Origin: Armatimonadota bacterium
Lineage (GTDB): Bacteria > Armatimonadota > Hebobacteria > CAIYQO01
Length of the DNA: 47,538 nucleotides
Reading direction: 5' to 3'
Assembly (NCBI GenBank): GCA_044344305.1
Contig: JBIJDE010000001.1
Location: 1-47,538, forward strand
A program made the translations under genes and the position numbers. Under the pieces are notes generated by a model. That model saw nothing but the letters and a program-made list of their open reading frames with translations, had not been told where the DNA came from and made no database searches. Positions 1-7,791 of this stretch are shown here, in pieces. The first letter of the stretch is position 1. Each line of letters opens with the position of its first letter.

Positions 1-93
1 GGAAACGTCAAAATACCTGCCAAATCTGTAGATTAATTAATTTAATTTGCAATTGGCTCTGTATGTTTTAATTAATATTTTGAGGAGAAAGTA

Positions 94-2244
94 ATGAAAC
101 GCACAAGTCCGAACAAAGCCCCTGGTAAAAGCGAAGTCATTGATAACCTAGTCATTGATAAAACTTTTGCAGGTGGCAACTTTAGCCTAATATTAATCTT
201 ATTTATTATTAGTATTTTAACCATATTATTTTGTTCTTTAATTATTATTTTCTCGAATGCATATCCTGGACATTCTATACGTGAAGTGATATGGATATGT
301 TTTATGAGGTTACTTGACTCTGGTGGATTAGAAACTGACTCTGGTTCTTGGATATTTATAATTATAGCAACATTACTTACGTTGTTAGGAATTATACTTA
401 TTAGTGCTTTAGTCGGTATAATAGCTAACGAAATTGAACGTCAACATGCAAAACTTAGATTAGGTCGTACACCTGTTGAGTTTAAAAATCATGTAGTAAT
501 TCTTGGTTGGTCTTCACCTATATATGATATTATTCAACAGTTAGCTACAAATTTTGCAGCTAAGAACAAACCACATAAAATTGTAATTTTTGCAAAGCAA
601 CCAAAACCGATGATGGAACAGCTGATATCTGAAAAATTTAAATATAACAAAAATGATCCCACATCTAGAGAATTAAAAAAAATATTAAAGTTTGTACAAA
701 TCTATGTTCGTTCTGGTAATCCTCTGGATATTGATGATTTAGAGATAACAAATTTAATAAATGCAGACGAAATAATTATTCTTTCACCTGAACATGATTT
801 TCATGATAAATCAAACACGAGCATTTTTCAAGATTCTGATTCAGAAACAATAAAAATATTATTAGCAGTTCAAAAGCAAGCAACACATCAACTTGAATAT
901 CATTCAACTGTAAGAGAAAAGGAAATCACATTAGTAGCAGATATTCAATTACCAGAAAATCACAAGGTAGCTTGTTCAATTTTTGAAACAGATAATAAAT
1001 TTTTCACTCCAATGTTAATTTCATCTGGTGATCTTATCGCAAGACTTATAGCGCAATCAAGTTGTAGTACGGGATTGCCTGAAGTTATTACCAAATTATT
1101 AGATTATGCAAATCAAGATTTTGAATTTTATCCTAATGATTCAGTTAAGTTACATGATAATTGTAAAAAAATGAAATTTTCAGATGCACTTTTAGCTTTT
1201 TCTAATGCCACTGTAATAGGTTATATTCATTATGAAAATACAGATAAAAACAATATTAAAACCCACATTCTCCCAATTGATAATCCTACAATTGATTTAT
1301 CTAAAGATGACAAATTGATAATAATTGCTGGTGATGATAACTCGAATAACTATGGGTTTCGGCAAAAACAGACTATTCCAGTTTACAATATTATTGAAAA
1401 ATCGAAATTATTTAATAATAATGAACATAAAAATCGAATTTTAATATTAAATTGGAGTTGGAAGGCGATTACAATAGTTAACGAATTATATGAATTGTTA
1501 ACTCCAGGATCAAAAATCGATATCGCAGTAGAAAATAATCATATAAACATCCAATCTACGTTAGATGATTTAGTTAAAAAAAATAATACAGTCAAGATAG
1601 GTTTTAATATTTTATCACCTATTCATCTTACAAATTGGGCAGATTTAGATAAACTAAACATCTCCAAAAATTATGATCATGTAATATTACTAGCAGGAAC
1701 AGGTAATGATGAACAACGTATTGATGCTCGTTCTATTATGACTTTATTACATCTACGCGCTTTTCGTAAAACAGCAATTTCATCAGGTGTACCAGCATTC
1801 TCAATTGTTAGTGAAATATTATGCCCTGAAAATCGAGAATTATTAGAATTATCTACTTCCGATCCCACACACATTGAAGATGATTTTATTATTAGTGAAC
1901 AACTTATTGCAATGTTAAAAGCTCAAGTATCTCAGAATTATCAAGTTGGGAGTATTTATAATGAAATTTTTACAACTGGAGGTGCAGAAATCTATTTGCG
2001 TTCAGCAGAATGCTTTATTGAATTAAATAAAGATATAGAAATACGAAATATTATTCAACATTTATGGGAGTTTGAAGAAATATTTATTGGATATCGTAGA
2101 AAAATTGATGGCTATGATATTATATTAAACCCCCAAAAAGATTTAAATGGTAAAGAAACAATCATTAGATTTGAAAAAGGGGATGATATTGTTGTAATTG
2201 CTAATAAAATTCAAATTAAAAAAAAGGATGATCAATTCGAATAA
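94..2244 (+). CDS. CASTOR/POLLUX (DMI1)-like ion channel with tandem RCK/TrkA-N-type domains
   Basis: 716-aa ORF with a GAGGAG Shine-Dalgarno just upstream. Two long hydrophobic helices (FSLILILFIISILTILFCSLIIIF; WIFIIIATLLTLLGIILISALVGIIA) flank a pore-like 'RLLDSGGLETDSG' segment. Two Rossmann-type starts follow ('HVVILGWSSPIYDIIQQL', 'RILILNWSWKAITIVNEL'). Assignment is from motif memory. The gene is far more AT-rich than its neighbours. Confidence 0.55.
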   Translation: MKRTSPNKAPGKSEVIDNLVIDKTFAGGNFSLILILFIISILTILFCSLIIIFSNAYPGHSIREVIWICFMRLLDSGGLETDSGSWIFIIIATLLTLLGIILISALVGIIANEIERQHAKLRLGRTPVEFKNHVVILGWSSPIYDIIQQLATNFAAKNKPHKIVIFAKQPKPMMEQLISEKFKYNKNDPTSRELKKILKFVQIYVRSGNPLDIDDLEITNLINADEIIILSPEHDFHDKSNTSIFQDSDSETIKILLAVQKQATHQLEYHSTVREKEITLVADIQLPENHKVACSIFETDNKFFTPMLISSGDLIARLIAQSSCSTGLPEVITKLLDYANQDFEFYPNDSVKLHDNCKKMKFSDALLAFSNATVIGYIHYENTDKNNIKTHILPIDNPTIDLSKDDKLIIIAGDDNSNNYGFRQKQTIPVYNIIEKSKLFNNNEHKNRILILNWSWKAITIVNELYELLTPGSKIDIAVENNHINIQSTLDDLVKKNNTVKIGFNILSPIHLTNWADLDKLNISKNYDHVILLAGTGNDEQRIDARSIMTLLHLRAFRKTAISSGVPAFSIVSEILCPENRELLELSTSDPTHIEDDFIISEQLIAMLKAQVSQNYQVGSIYNEIFTTGGAEIYLRSAECFIELNKDIEIRNIIQHLWEFEEIFIGYRRKIDGYDIILNPQKDLNGKETIIRFEKGDDIVVIANKIQIKKKDDQFE

Positions 2245-2361
2245 TATTGAATGATAAAATAATCCCCTTCATGTCCCGGACAACTCATGTCCTACCACCT
2301 GCGGTATCCTGTAATTATCAGATTATCATAACGGTAATCTGAATGATTAAAGGAGGCTGTT

Positions 2362-3087
2362 ATGAGCTTTTCGGGGTTTTTACGGATTTTTGTTGAGGGT
2401 GGGAAGGATTTGGGGAAGATTTTTTCTGATGCGGGGGAGGATCTTCAGGACTTTACCACCAAGGGGTACAAAACGATTGTCGTTGAGGGTCGCGACGATT
2501 ACAAGTTTCCCAGTGAGATTCGCGAGGAAAGGGAAGCGCGGGAAGAGGATGAGCGCGAAGAAGAACGTAAAGAGCAGGAGCGGATTATCGCGGAGCCGGG
2601 CGATATCATCGGCGTTCATCGCGGTATGTATGACCATTACGGGGTGTATGTCAGCGAGGATTGCATCATTCATTATACTGCCCCGGGTGCCGATATGGGT
2701 GACGAAATGATGATTCGCGAGGTAACCCATCGGGAGTTTCTGGGTAATTCCGGCACCGAAAGTTGCTTCATCCTGGATTTCCCAGAGAGTTATGCCCCAC
2801 CATCACAAAGAGAAACTGCTGCTTTCGGGTTGGTAAATGTATATCTCAGCCAATTGAATATCAGGATTTTTGACCCGATTAAACTGCATGAGTTCATCAA
2901 GTCGATTGAATACAAAGTATATTCGCCGGATGAAACGGTGGAACGAGCTATTTCACGGATTGGCGAGAGCAAATACAACCTTGCCACCAACAACTGCGAA
3001 CATTTCGTAATCTGGTGCAAAACCGGCATCTCCGAATCCCACCAGGTGAATAGCTTTATTGAGTTGCTGCTGCGACGGACTGAGTAG
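2362..3087 (+). CDS. LRAT/PLAAT-like NlpC/P60-superfamily thiol acyltransferase/phospholipase-like protein with a charged N-terminal region
   Basis: 241-aa ORF with an AAAGGAGG SD. It has an LRAT-type permuted triad layout: 'GDIIGVHRGMYDHYGVYVSEDCIIHY' (His box) followed by C-terminal 'NNCEHFVIWCKTG' (the NCEHF catalytic Cys motif). A Glu/Arg-rich stretch 'EIREEREAREEDEREEERKEQER' precedes the domain. Confidence 0.75.
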   Translation: MSFSGFLRIFVEGGKDLGKIFSDAGEDLQDFTTKGYKTIVVEGRDDYKFPSEIREEREAREEDEREEERKEQERIIAEPGDIIGVHRGMYDHYGVYVSEDCIIHYTAPGADMGDEMMIREVTHREFLGNSGTESCFILDFPESYAPPSQRETAAFGLVNVYLSQLNIRIFDPIKLHEFIKSIEYKVYSPDETVERAISRIGESKYNLATNNCEHFVIWCKTGISESHQVNSFIELLLRRTE

Positions 3088-3110
3088 GTTTTTTTTGACA
3101 GAATGCCAAA

Positions 3111-3153
3111 CTCCCTCCGTCACTGCGGTGACACCTCCCTCGGTGATGGAGGC
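3111..3153. repeat. Dispersed tandem-hairpin element, copy 1 of 3 (ctccctccgtcactgcggtgacacctccctcgg..ggagg)
   Basis: Near-identical ~43-nt units occur at 3111-3153, 23105-23145 and 30478-30520. Each contains hairpin gtcac-tgcg-gtgac followed by a second hairpin (cctcc.../...ggagg). Confidence 0.85.
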
Positions 3154-3158
3154 TTGGA

Positions 3159-4203
3159 CTATCGGGTACAGGAAATTATTCGGGCTGCCACTATGACTGA
3201 AAACGGGTTTGATTTTTCTGCAGGTAACTATTGGCAGGCAAGATGCCCGCGGTCCAAACACTGGGACCGCAGGCTTCCAGCCTGCTCCCCGGTAAAAGTT
3301 TAGTGGCGATGGCAAAAAAGATGATTTGCGTTTAAATTTGCAGTTTCAAGCATTTTACATGTCGCCCCTCTGGGGCTGGCTTAGTAATTTTAATCATGAT
3401 AATCATGTTAATCATGTCAAAAAAGCACCTATATGGTACAGGCAATTATTCGGGCTGCCACTATGACTTAAAACGGGTTTGATTTTTCTGCAGATAACTA
3501 TTGGCAGGCAGGATGCCCGCGGTCCAAACACTGGGACCGCAGGCTTCCAGCCTGCTCCCCGGTAACAAATTTAGTGGCGATGGCAAAAAAGATTATTTGC
3601 CTTTAAATTTGCAATTACGCACATTTTGCATGTCGCCCCGCTGGGGCTGGTATATCTTTTCTTTATTTCTATGCTATTAATATTCCACCCCTCTGGGGCT
3701 GGCTTAGTAATTTTAATCATGATAATCATGTTAATCATGTCAAAAAGCTCCTATCGGGGACAGGCAATTATTCGGGTTGCCACTGGAAATAAAAACAACC
3801 TATCGGGTACAGCCACAAATGCGGGCTGCCACTATGACTTAAAACGGGTTTGATTTTTCTGCAGATAACTATTGGCAGGCAGGATGCCCGCGGTCCAAAC
3901 ACTGGGACCGCAGGCTTCCAGCCTGCTCCCCGGTAATAAGTTTAGCGGCGATTGCAAAAAAGATGATTTGCGTTTAAATTTGCAGTTTCAAGCATTTTAC
4001 ATGTCGCCCCGCTGGGGCTGGTATATCTTTTCTTTTATTTCTATCCTATTAATATGTCGCCCCTCTGGGGCTGGCATGGTAATTTAATCATGATAATCAT
4101 GTTAATCATGTCAAAAAAGCATCTATCGTGTACAGCCACAAATGCGGGCTGCCACTATGACTGAAAACGGGTTTGATTTTTCCGCATTTAAGGCAGTCCC
4201 CTT
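3159..4203. repeat. Non-coding composite tandem array, about 3 units of roughly 270-370 bp built from modules A-B-C-(D)-E
   Basis: Module A 5' halves lie at 3159, 3429, 3751 (truncated) and 3800, with a full A at 4123-4203. Module B (tgcagRtaactattggcaggcaRgatgcccgcggtccaaacactgggaccgcaggcttccagcctgctccccggtaa) lies at 3219, 3489 and 3860. Module C ends in the hairpin gtcgccccKctggggctgg. Module D is an extra AT-rich spacer plus a second ccc-ctggggctgg hairpin, present in units 2 and 3 only. Module E (aatcatgataatcatgttaatcatgtcaaaaa) lies at about 3390, 3712 and 4086. Only short repeat-encoded ORFs occur here. Confidence 0.9.
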
Positions 4204-4474
4204 TTTCAGCCGATATTTTTTATTATCAACTTACTTAATTTTGAAGGTTTATTTTCATTTTAGAATCCGGATTTATAAAAAATAATTGCATCAATAGAGG
4301 ACTGACTCCCGGCAAGTTAATTACGCGTTTCTCCGCTCAGCTTTTTTACTTTGGATTTATGCTTCAAAAGAACTTGATGTGCCGGTAGGGGTGATACAAT
4401 CCGCAAAAGCCGGCACATCATCGGCACCTACTCCCCCATTTCCTTCATTCGCTTAATATTTGTATAATTGCCGT

Positions 4475-5878
4475 ATGAAATCATTGATTATTGGAGCGGG
4501 GCCGGCCGGGTTGGCCGCTGCGCATGAATTGGCGGTTAATGGCGCGGTCAGTGTGGTTAGCGAATCGCAGAATGCAGTTGGCGGTTTATGCCGTACGATG
4601 TTGTTTGAAGATTGTCGGTTTGATGTTGGTCCGCATCGTTTCTTCACCCGCAATGAGGAAGTACGCCAACTTTTCGACGATATTGTCGCGGAAGATTTGA
4701 TTAATGTGCCACGTCTTACCCGCATTTATTATAATGGCAAATATTTTGATTACCCATTGACGGCAAAAAATGCGTTATTTACCCTTGGTACCGCTAACGC
4801 GGTGCAAATTGTTCTCAGCTACATTGCATCGACTTGTACCAATAAAAGCAAAAACGCCGTAACATTTGAGGATTGGGTCGTCGGTCAATTTGGCAGACGA
4901 TTATTCGAGATATTTTTTAAAACCTACACCGAAAAAGTGTGGGGAATCGATTGTAGCCGCATAGGCGCCGAGTGGGCAGGGCAGCGCATAAAGGGTTTAA
5001 ACCTTTTCACCGCCGCATTAAATGCACTGGTTGGCGACAAGAAAAAGAAGATAAAAACACTGGTGGATGAATTCGTTTATCCGCGTCTGGGTGCTGGACA
5101 GTTTTATGAGAAAATGGCTGACAAAGTAACGTCACTTGGCAGCGAAATAATGCTGAATTCCCAGGTGGTACGGCTAAACCGAGATGGCAACCGCATCGTA
5201 AGCGCGGTTCTATTGCAAGGTGGAAATGAGTTAGAAGTAGAGGCCGACAACTTTTTCAGCAGCATGCCGCTGACCGACCTGATAAATATCAGTTCACCGG
5301 TGACGCCACAGGTGATAATGGATGCCTGTTCCAAACTGCGTTATCGCGACCACATGTCGGTACAGTTAAAATATGCCGGTCACCCATTCCCCGATAATTG
5401 GATCTATGTCCACGCGAAAGAAGTGGGAATGGCGCGGATTTGTGATTACCGCAATTTCAGCCGCCAGATGACATCTGATGACAATATCAGCCCATTAACA
5501 GTGGAATATTTTACCTTTAAAGAAGGTCCATTGTGGGGGAAGCCGGACGATGAATTAATAGCTATGGCGGCAAAAGAGATGGAAAACATGAACGTTGCCA
5601 GTGCAAATAACGTCGTCAATGGCTACGTGGTACGCAGTGAAAAAGCGTACCCGCTGATTGAATTAGGCTACGACAACCACGTCGAAACCCTGAAAAGCTG
5701 GCTGAGTAATATCGCCAACCTGACCCCAATCGGTCGCGCCGGTATGTTTAAATACAACAACCAGGACCACGCCATAGCCACCGGCATGTTAGCCGCCAGA
5801 AACGCCATGGGAATAGGTAAGTTTGACCCCTGGAAAGTAAATATCGATGCGGAATATCACGAAGGTGGGAAGATTTAA
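4475..5878 (+). CDS. FAD/NAD(P)-binding oxidoreductase (amine-oxidase / protoporphyrinogen-oxidase-like fold)
   Basis: N-terminal dinucleotide-binding 'MKSLIIGAGPAGLAAAHEL' sits at the ATG at 4475 (the ORF-track TTG at 4460 is less likely). 'VYPRLGAGQFYEKMA' and C-terminal 'GRAGMFKYNNQDHAIATG' are typical of this flavoenzyme fold. The specific substrate is unknown. Confidence 0.7.
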   Translation: MKSLIIGAGPAGLAAAHELAVNGAVSVVSESQNAVGGLCRTMLFEDCRFDVGPHRFFTRNEEVRQLFDDIVAEDLINVPRLTRIYYNGKYFDYPLTAKNALFTLGTANAVQIVLSYIASTCTNKSKNAVTFEDWVVGQFGRRLFEIFFKTYTEKVWGIDCSRIGAEWAGQRIKGLNLFTAALNALVGDKKKKIKTLVDEFVYPRLGAGQFYEKMADKVTSLGSEIMLNSQVVRLNRDGNRIVSAVLLQGGNELEVEADNFFSSMPLTDLINISSPVTPQVIMDACSKLRYRDHMSVQLKYAGHPFPDNWIYVHAKEVGMARICDYRNFSRQMTSDDNISPLTVEYFTFKEGPLWGKPDDELIAMAAKEMENMNVASANNVVNGYVVRSEKAYPLIELGYDNHVETLKSWLSNIANLTPIGRAGMFKYNNQDHAIATGMLAARNAMGIGKFDPWKVNIDAEYHEGGKI

Positions 5879-5939
5879 TTGAGGATTTAGGTATGGTAAT
5901 AGGTTTGTGGTAGGCGTCAACCACCCCGACCTTCGGCCA

Positions 5940-5960
5940 CCCCTCCTTGGCAAGGAGGGG
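5940..5960. repeat. GC-rich hairpin (cccctcctt-ggc-aaggagggg) between convergent genes
   Basis: Perfect 9-bp stem with a 3-nt loop, followed by only a weak T-run (agtttat). It is preceded by ccaccccgaccttcggccacc. It could act as a terminator for the oxidoreductase gene. Confidence 0.6.
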
Positions 5961-6024
5961 AGTTTATAAATCAAGATTCATTGAAAAGGCAGAAGATTTT
6001 GGAGATTAGTTGAGAATTTTCAGA

Positions 6025-6050
6025 TTTTCTCTCTTCTCTCCTCTCTCTTC
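6025..6050. repeat. Polypyrimidine/polypurine dispersed element (ttttctctcttctctcctctctcttc), copy 1 of 3
   Basis: Related CT/AG-rich tracts lie at 6025-6050, 26561-26595 (opposite orientation) and 30552-30589. The last two share the core ctcttctcccctcWctcttc. Confidence 0.7.
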
Positions 6051-6055
6051 AAATA

Positions 6056-7513
6056 TTACCCTTGATTTGGTCCAAAATATAGTATCTGGTTTAAAAGGGT
6101 ATAGCTGCCGCCGAGGACATTGTAAACACGCCAATAGCGCGCGACGGTTGGGGTGAATGTATACATGGTACCACCTTGCGAGTTGAAAACGGTGGCGGCT
6201 GACATTGCGGTTACTGGCACAAAATTAGTACCATCGGTTGAACATGAAACATTATAACTTGTGCCGGCATATCCGTTTTCCCATGCAACCACAACCCTGT
6301 TAATATTGCGGGCAGTACCCATGTCAGTTTGCGCGTAGGTGCTTCCGTTCCAATTGCCGTTGCACCCCATACGTGTACCTGAGTCATCGACCATCAAACC
6401 ACTGTTGAATAAATTAGTGCTGCTATACCAGTTTGACGCACCGCCGCTGACAGATGATGTGGCACCGAAACATGGATTTGCCCAATTAACTTCATCCGGT
6501 AATGCCATTCCGGTTCCGAATGGTTCTATACAGTACAAACCAGGGCCACCATAGGCACCTTTCACATAGTCGCCAGCTCTCATCATTATACGTATTGCCC
6601 GATAATTACCTGGCGTAACATTAACATCTACTATCAATCCATCATTATTTCCCGGAGGAGTTCCACCCCAATTCATCATGCCAATGTCTGTAAAGATTGT
6701 ATTATCTGTCGAACCCTGGATGGTGAATTTCTTAATGCACTCCAGTTCGCCGGAAGGTCTGTTCATCCAGGCTGTCTTCACCTTGGTCACATTGCGTAAT
6801 TGGTCAAATTTGATGGTTAACCAGTAATCGGCAGCACCATTATTAGTTACGGTAGCGTTTGGCATCCATGTCCATTGGCTCCATAAAATACGTTGCAGAG
6901 TACCATATTGGGAAACGGAATCACTGGTGGTTTCAGCGGTGTTGCTGCTGCCAAAAGATACGGTAGCTTTGCCGGTAAAGGGTATTAATTGCATCCAACT
7001 GTAATTTGTTACCGGTTGTGATGGCAGGGTTAATAATACTGTTTTAGTCGGTCCAACATGACCATCAAGATAACTGACAATAGCCGTGCCGGAATGTCGA
7101 TATTCAACCTGGGATGAAGCGGTTGCGACATTATTTGTTGCTGCACCATCGACGGTCAGCGTCCGCGTAGTCGGGTCATCATAGATTCCTATGGCTGAAT
7201 TGCTCAACTCGGAATTATAAAGATAACCATTAGGAGTCGTTTTTCCTTTTGTCGGACAGATTAATACGCCGGGATCTACCTTAATATCCGACCATACTGT
7301 TGCTGATGCCGGCAAGGCTTCTTCGTGGTCCTGGGCATACATTTGCACAGATGCGGCTACTTGTCGTTGGTTGCTGGTGCATGTGGTTTGCCGCGCTTTT
7401 TCACGAGCACGGGCAAAAACAGGGAACAGGATTGCGGCGAGGATTGCAATAATGGCAATTACTACCAGTAATTCAATCAGTGTAAATCCACGACGGTATT
7501 GTTGATTAATCAT
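6056..7513 (-). CDS. Prepilin-type N-terminal methylation-domain protein of the H-X9-DG class, fused to two C-terminal discoidin (F5/8 type C)-like domains
   Basis: It has a leader 'MINQQYRRG|[24 protein letters not shown]' (class III signal) and the H-X9-DG motif '[15 protein letters not shown]'. About 330 further residues follow, with two discoidin-like blocks ('[20 protein letters not shown]...[12 protein letters not shown]...YRAIRIMM' and '[42 protein letters not shown]...ARYWRV'). I prefer the ATG at 7513 (GGGGG SD 8 nt upstream) over the ATG at 7528. Confidence 0.8.
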   Translation of the reverse strand: MINQQYRRGFTLIELLVVIAIIAILAAILFPVFARAREKARQTTCTSNQRQVAASVQMYAQDHEEALPASATVWSDIKVDPGVLICPTKGKTTPNGYLYNSELSNSAIGIYDDPTTRTLTVDGAATNNVATASSQVEYRHSGTAIVSYLDGHVGPTKTVLLTLPSQPVTNYSWMQLIPFTGKATVSFGSSNTAETTSDSVSQYGTLQRILWSQWTWMPNATVTNNGAADYWLTIKFDQLRNVTKVKTAWMNRPSGELECIKKFTIQGSTDNTIFTDIGMMNWGGTPPGNNDGLIVDVNVTPGNYRAIRIMMRAGDYVKGAYGGPGLYCIEPFGTGMALPDEVNWANPCFGATSSVSGGASNWYSSTNLFNSGLMVDDSGTRMGCNGNWNGSTYAQTDMGTARNINRVVVAWENGYAGTSYNVSCSTDGTNFVPVTAMSAATVFNSQGGTMYTFTPTVARYWRVYNVLGGSYTLLNQILYFGPNQG

Positions 7514-7586
7514 GTATTTTACCCCCATAAAATTTATTCATACAGGTTTTCTGTATTTAGAGAATACCCTATATAAATATTGATAC

Positions 7587-7615
7587 ATTATATTAATAGC
7601 ATGGTAAATTGTCAA
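7587..7615 (-). promoter_or_regulatory. Consensus sigma70-type promoter for the pseudopilin gene
   Basis: The minus strand reads TTGACA (7615-7610), a 17-nt spacer, then TATAAT (7592-7587). This sits about 60-75 nt upstream of the start codon. Confidence 0.5.
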
Positions 7616-7625
7616 TATTTTTATT

Positions 7626-7662
7626 AAACAGGACTTTCGCTTTATAAGAGAAAGTCCTGTTT
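7626..7662. promoter_or_regulatory. Perfect 13-bp inverted repeat in a divergent promoter region
   Basis: aaacaggactttc (7626-7638), an 11-nt loop, then gaaagtcctgttt (7650-7662). No gene ends nearby, so it is not a terminator for an annotated CDS. Confidence 0.4.
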
Positions 7663-7791
7663 AAAAAATTTGTTATATTACAGTGATAATTAAATGGTAT
7701 AATATAAATTAATCTGGTATATAATTCACAATTGAGATTAAAATAATGTCTAATGTGGAAATATACCAATAATAAAATGTGGAGGTTAAGA

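Noticed and set aside
674-2225. A8-A9 homopolymers in the channel gene, GGC-repeat in the lipoprotein signal region (7838-7858), and T7/T8 tracts at about 17125-17142 as phase-variation switches
   Set aside because: Such tracts are expected in very AT-rich DNA and in Gly-linker coding. Without population-level length variation there is no evidence of switching.
2380-2730. Overlapping ORFs in three frames within the LRAT gene N-terminus (2380-2730 minus strand, 2390-2710 plus strand)
   Set aside because: They are a by-product of the purine-rich GAR/AGR repeat coding for the Glu/Arg-rich linker. Only the LRAT frame carries recognisable motifs and an SD.
3103-4087. ORFs of 66-75 aa inside the tandem array (3103-3303, 3626-3853, 3872-4087) and the antisense ORF at 2953-3315
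   Set aside because: They are read-throughs of hairpin repeat modules, and the same peptides recur because the DNA repeats. They have no SD, are interrupted differently in each unit, and have low-complexity, implausible composition.
3159-4203. Possible CRISPR array
   Set aside because: The units are hundreds of bp long and composite. There are no short constant repeats alternating with unique spacers, and no cas genes occur in the window.
4123-4203. tRNA-sized (~82 nt) element as a tRNA or tRNA-like gene
   Set aside because: I could not draw a cloverleaf. There is no GTTCRANYC T-loop motif and no acceptor-stem or anticodon-arm geometry. I found no tRNA-like sequence elsewhere in the window either.
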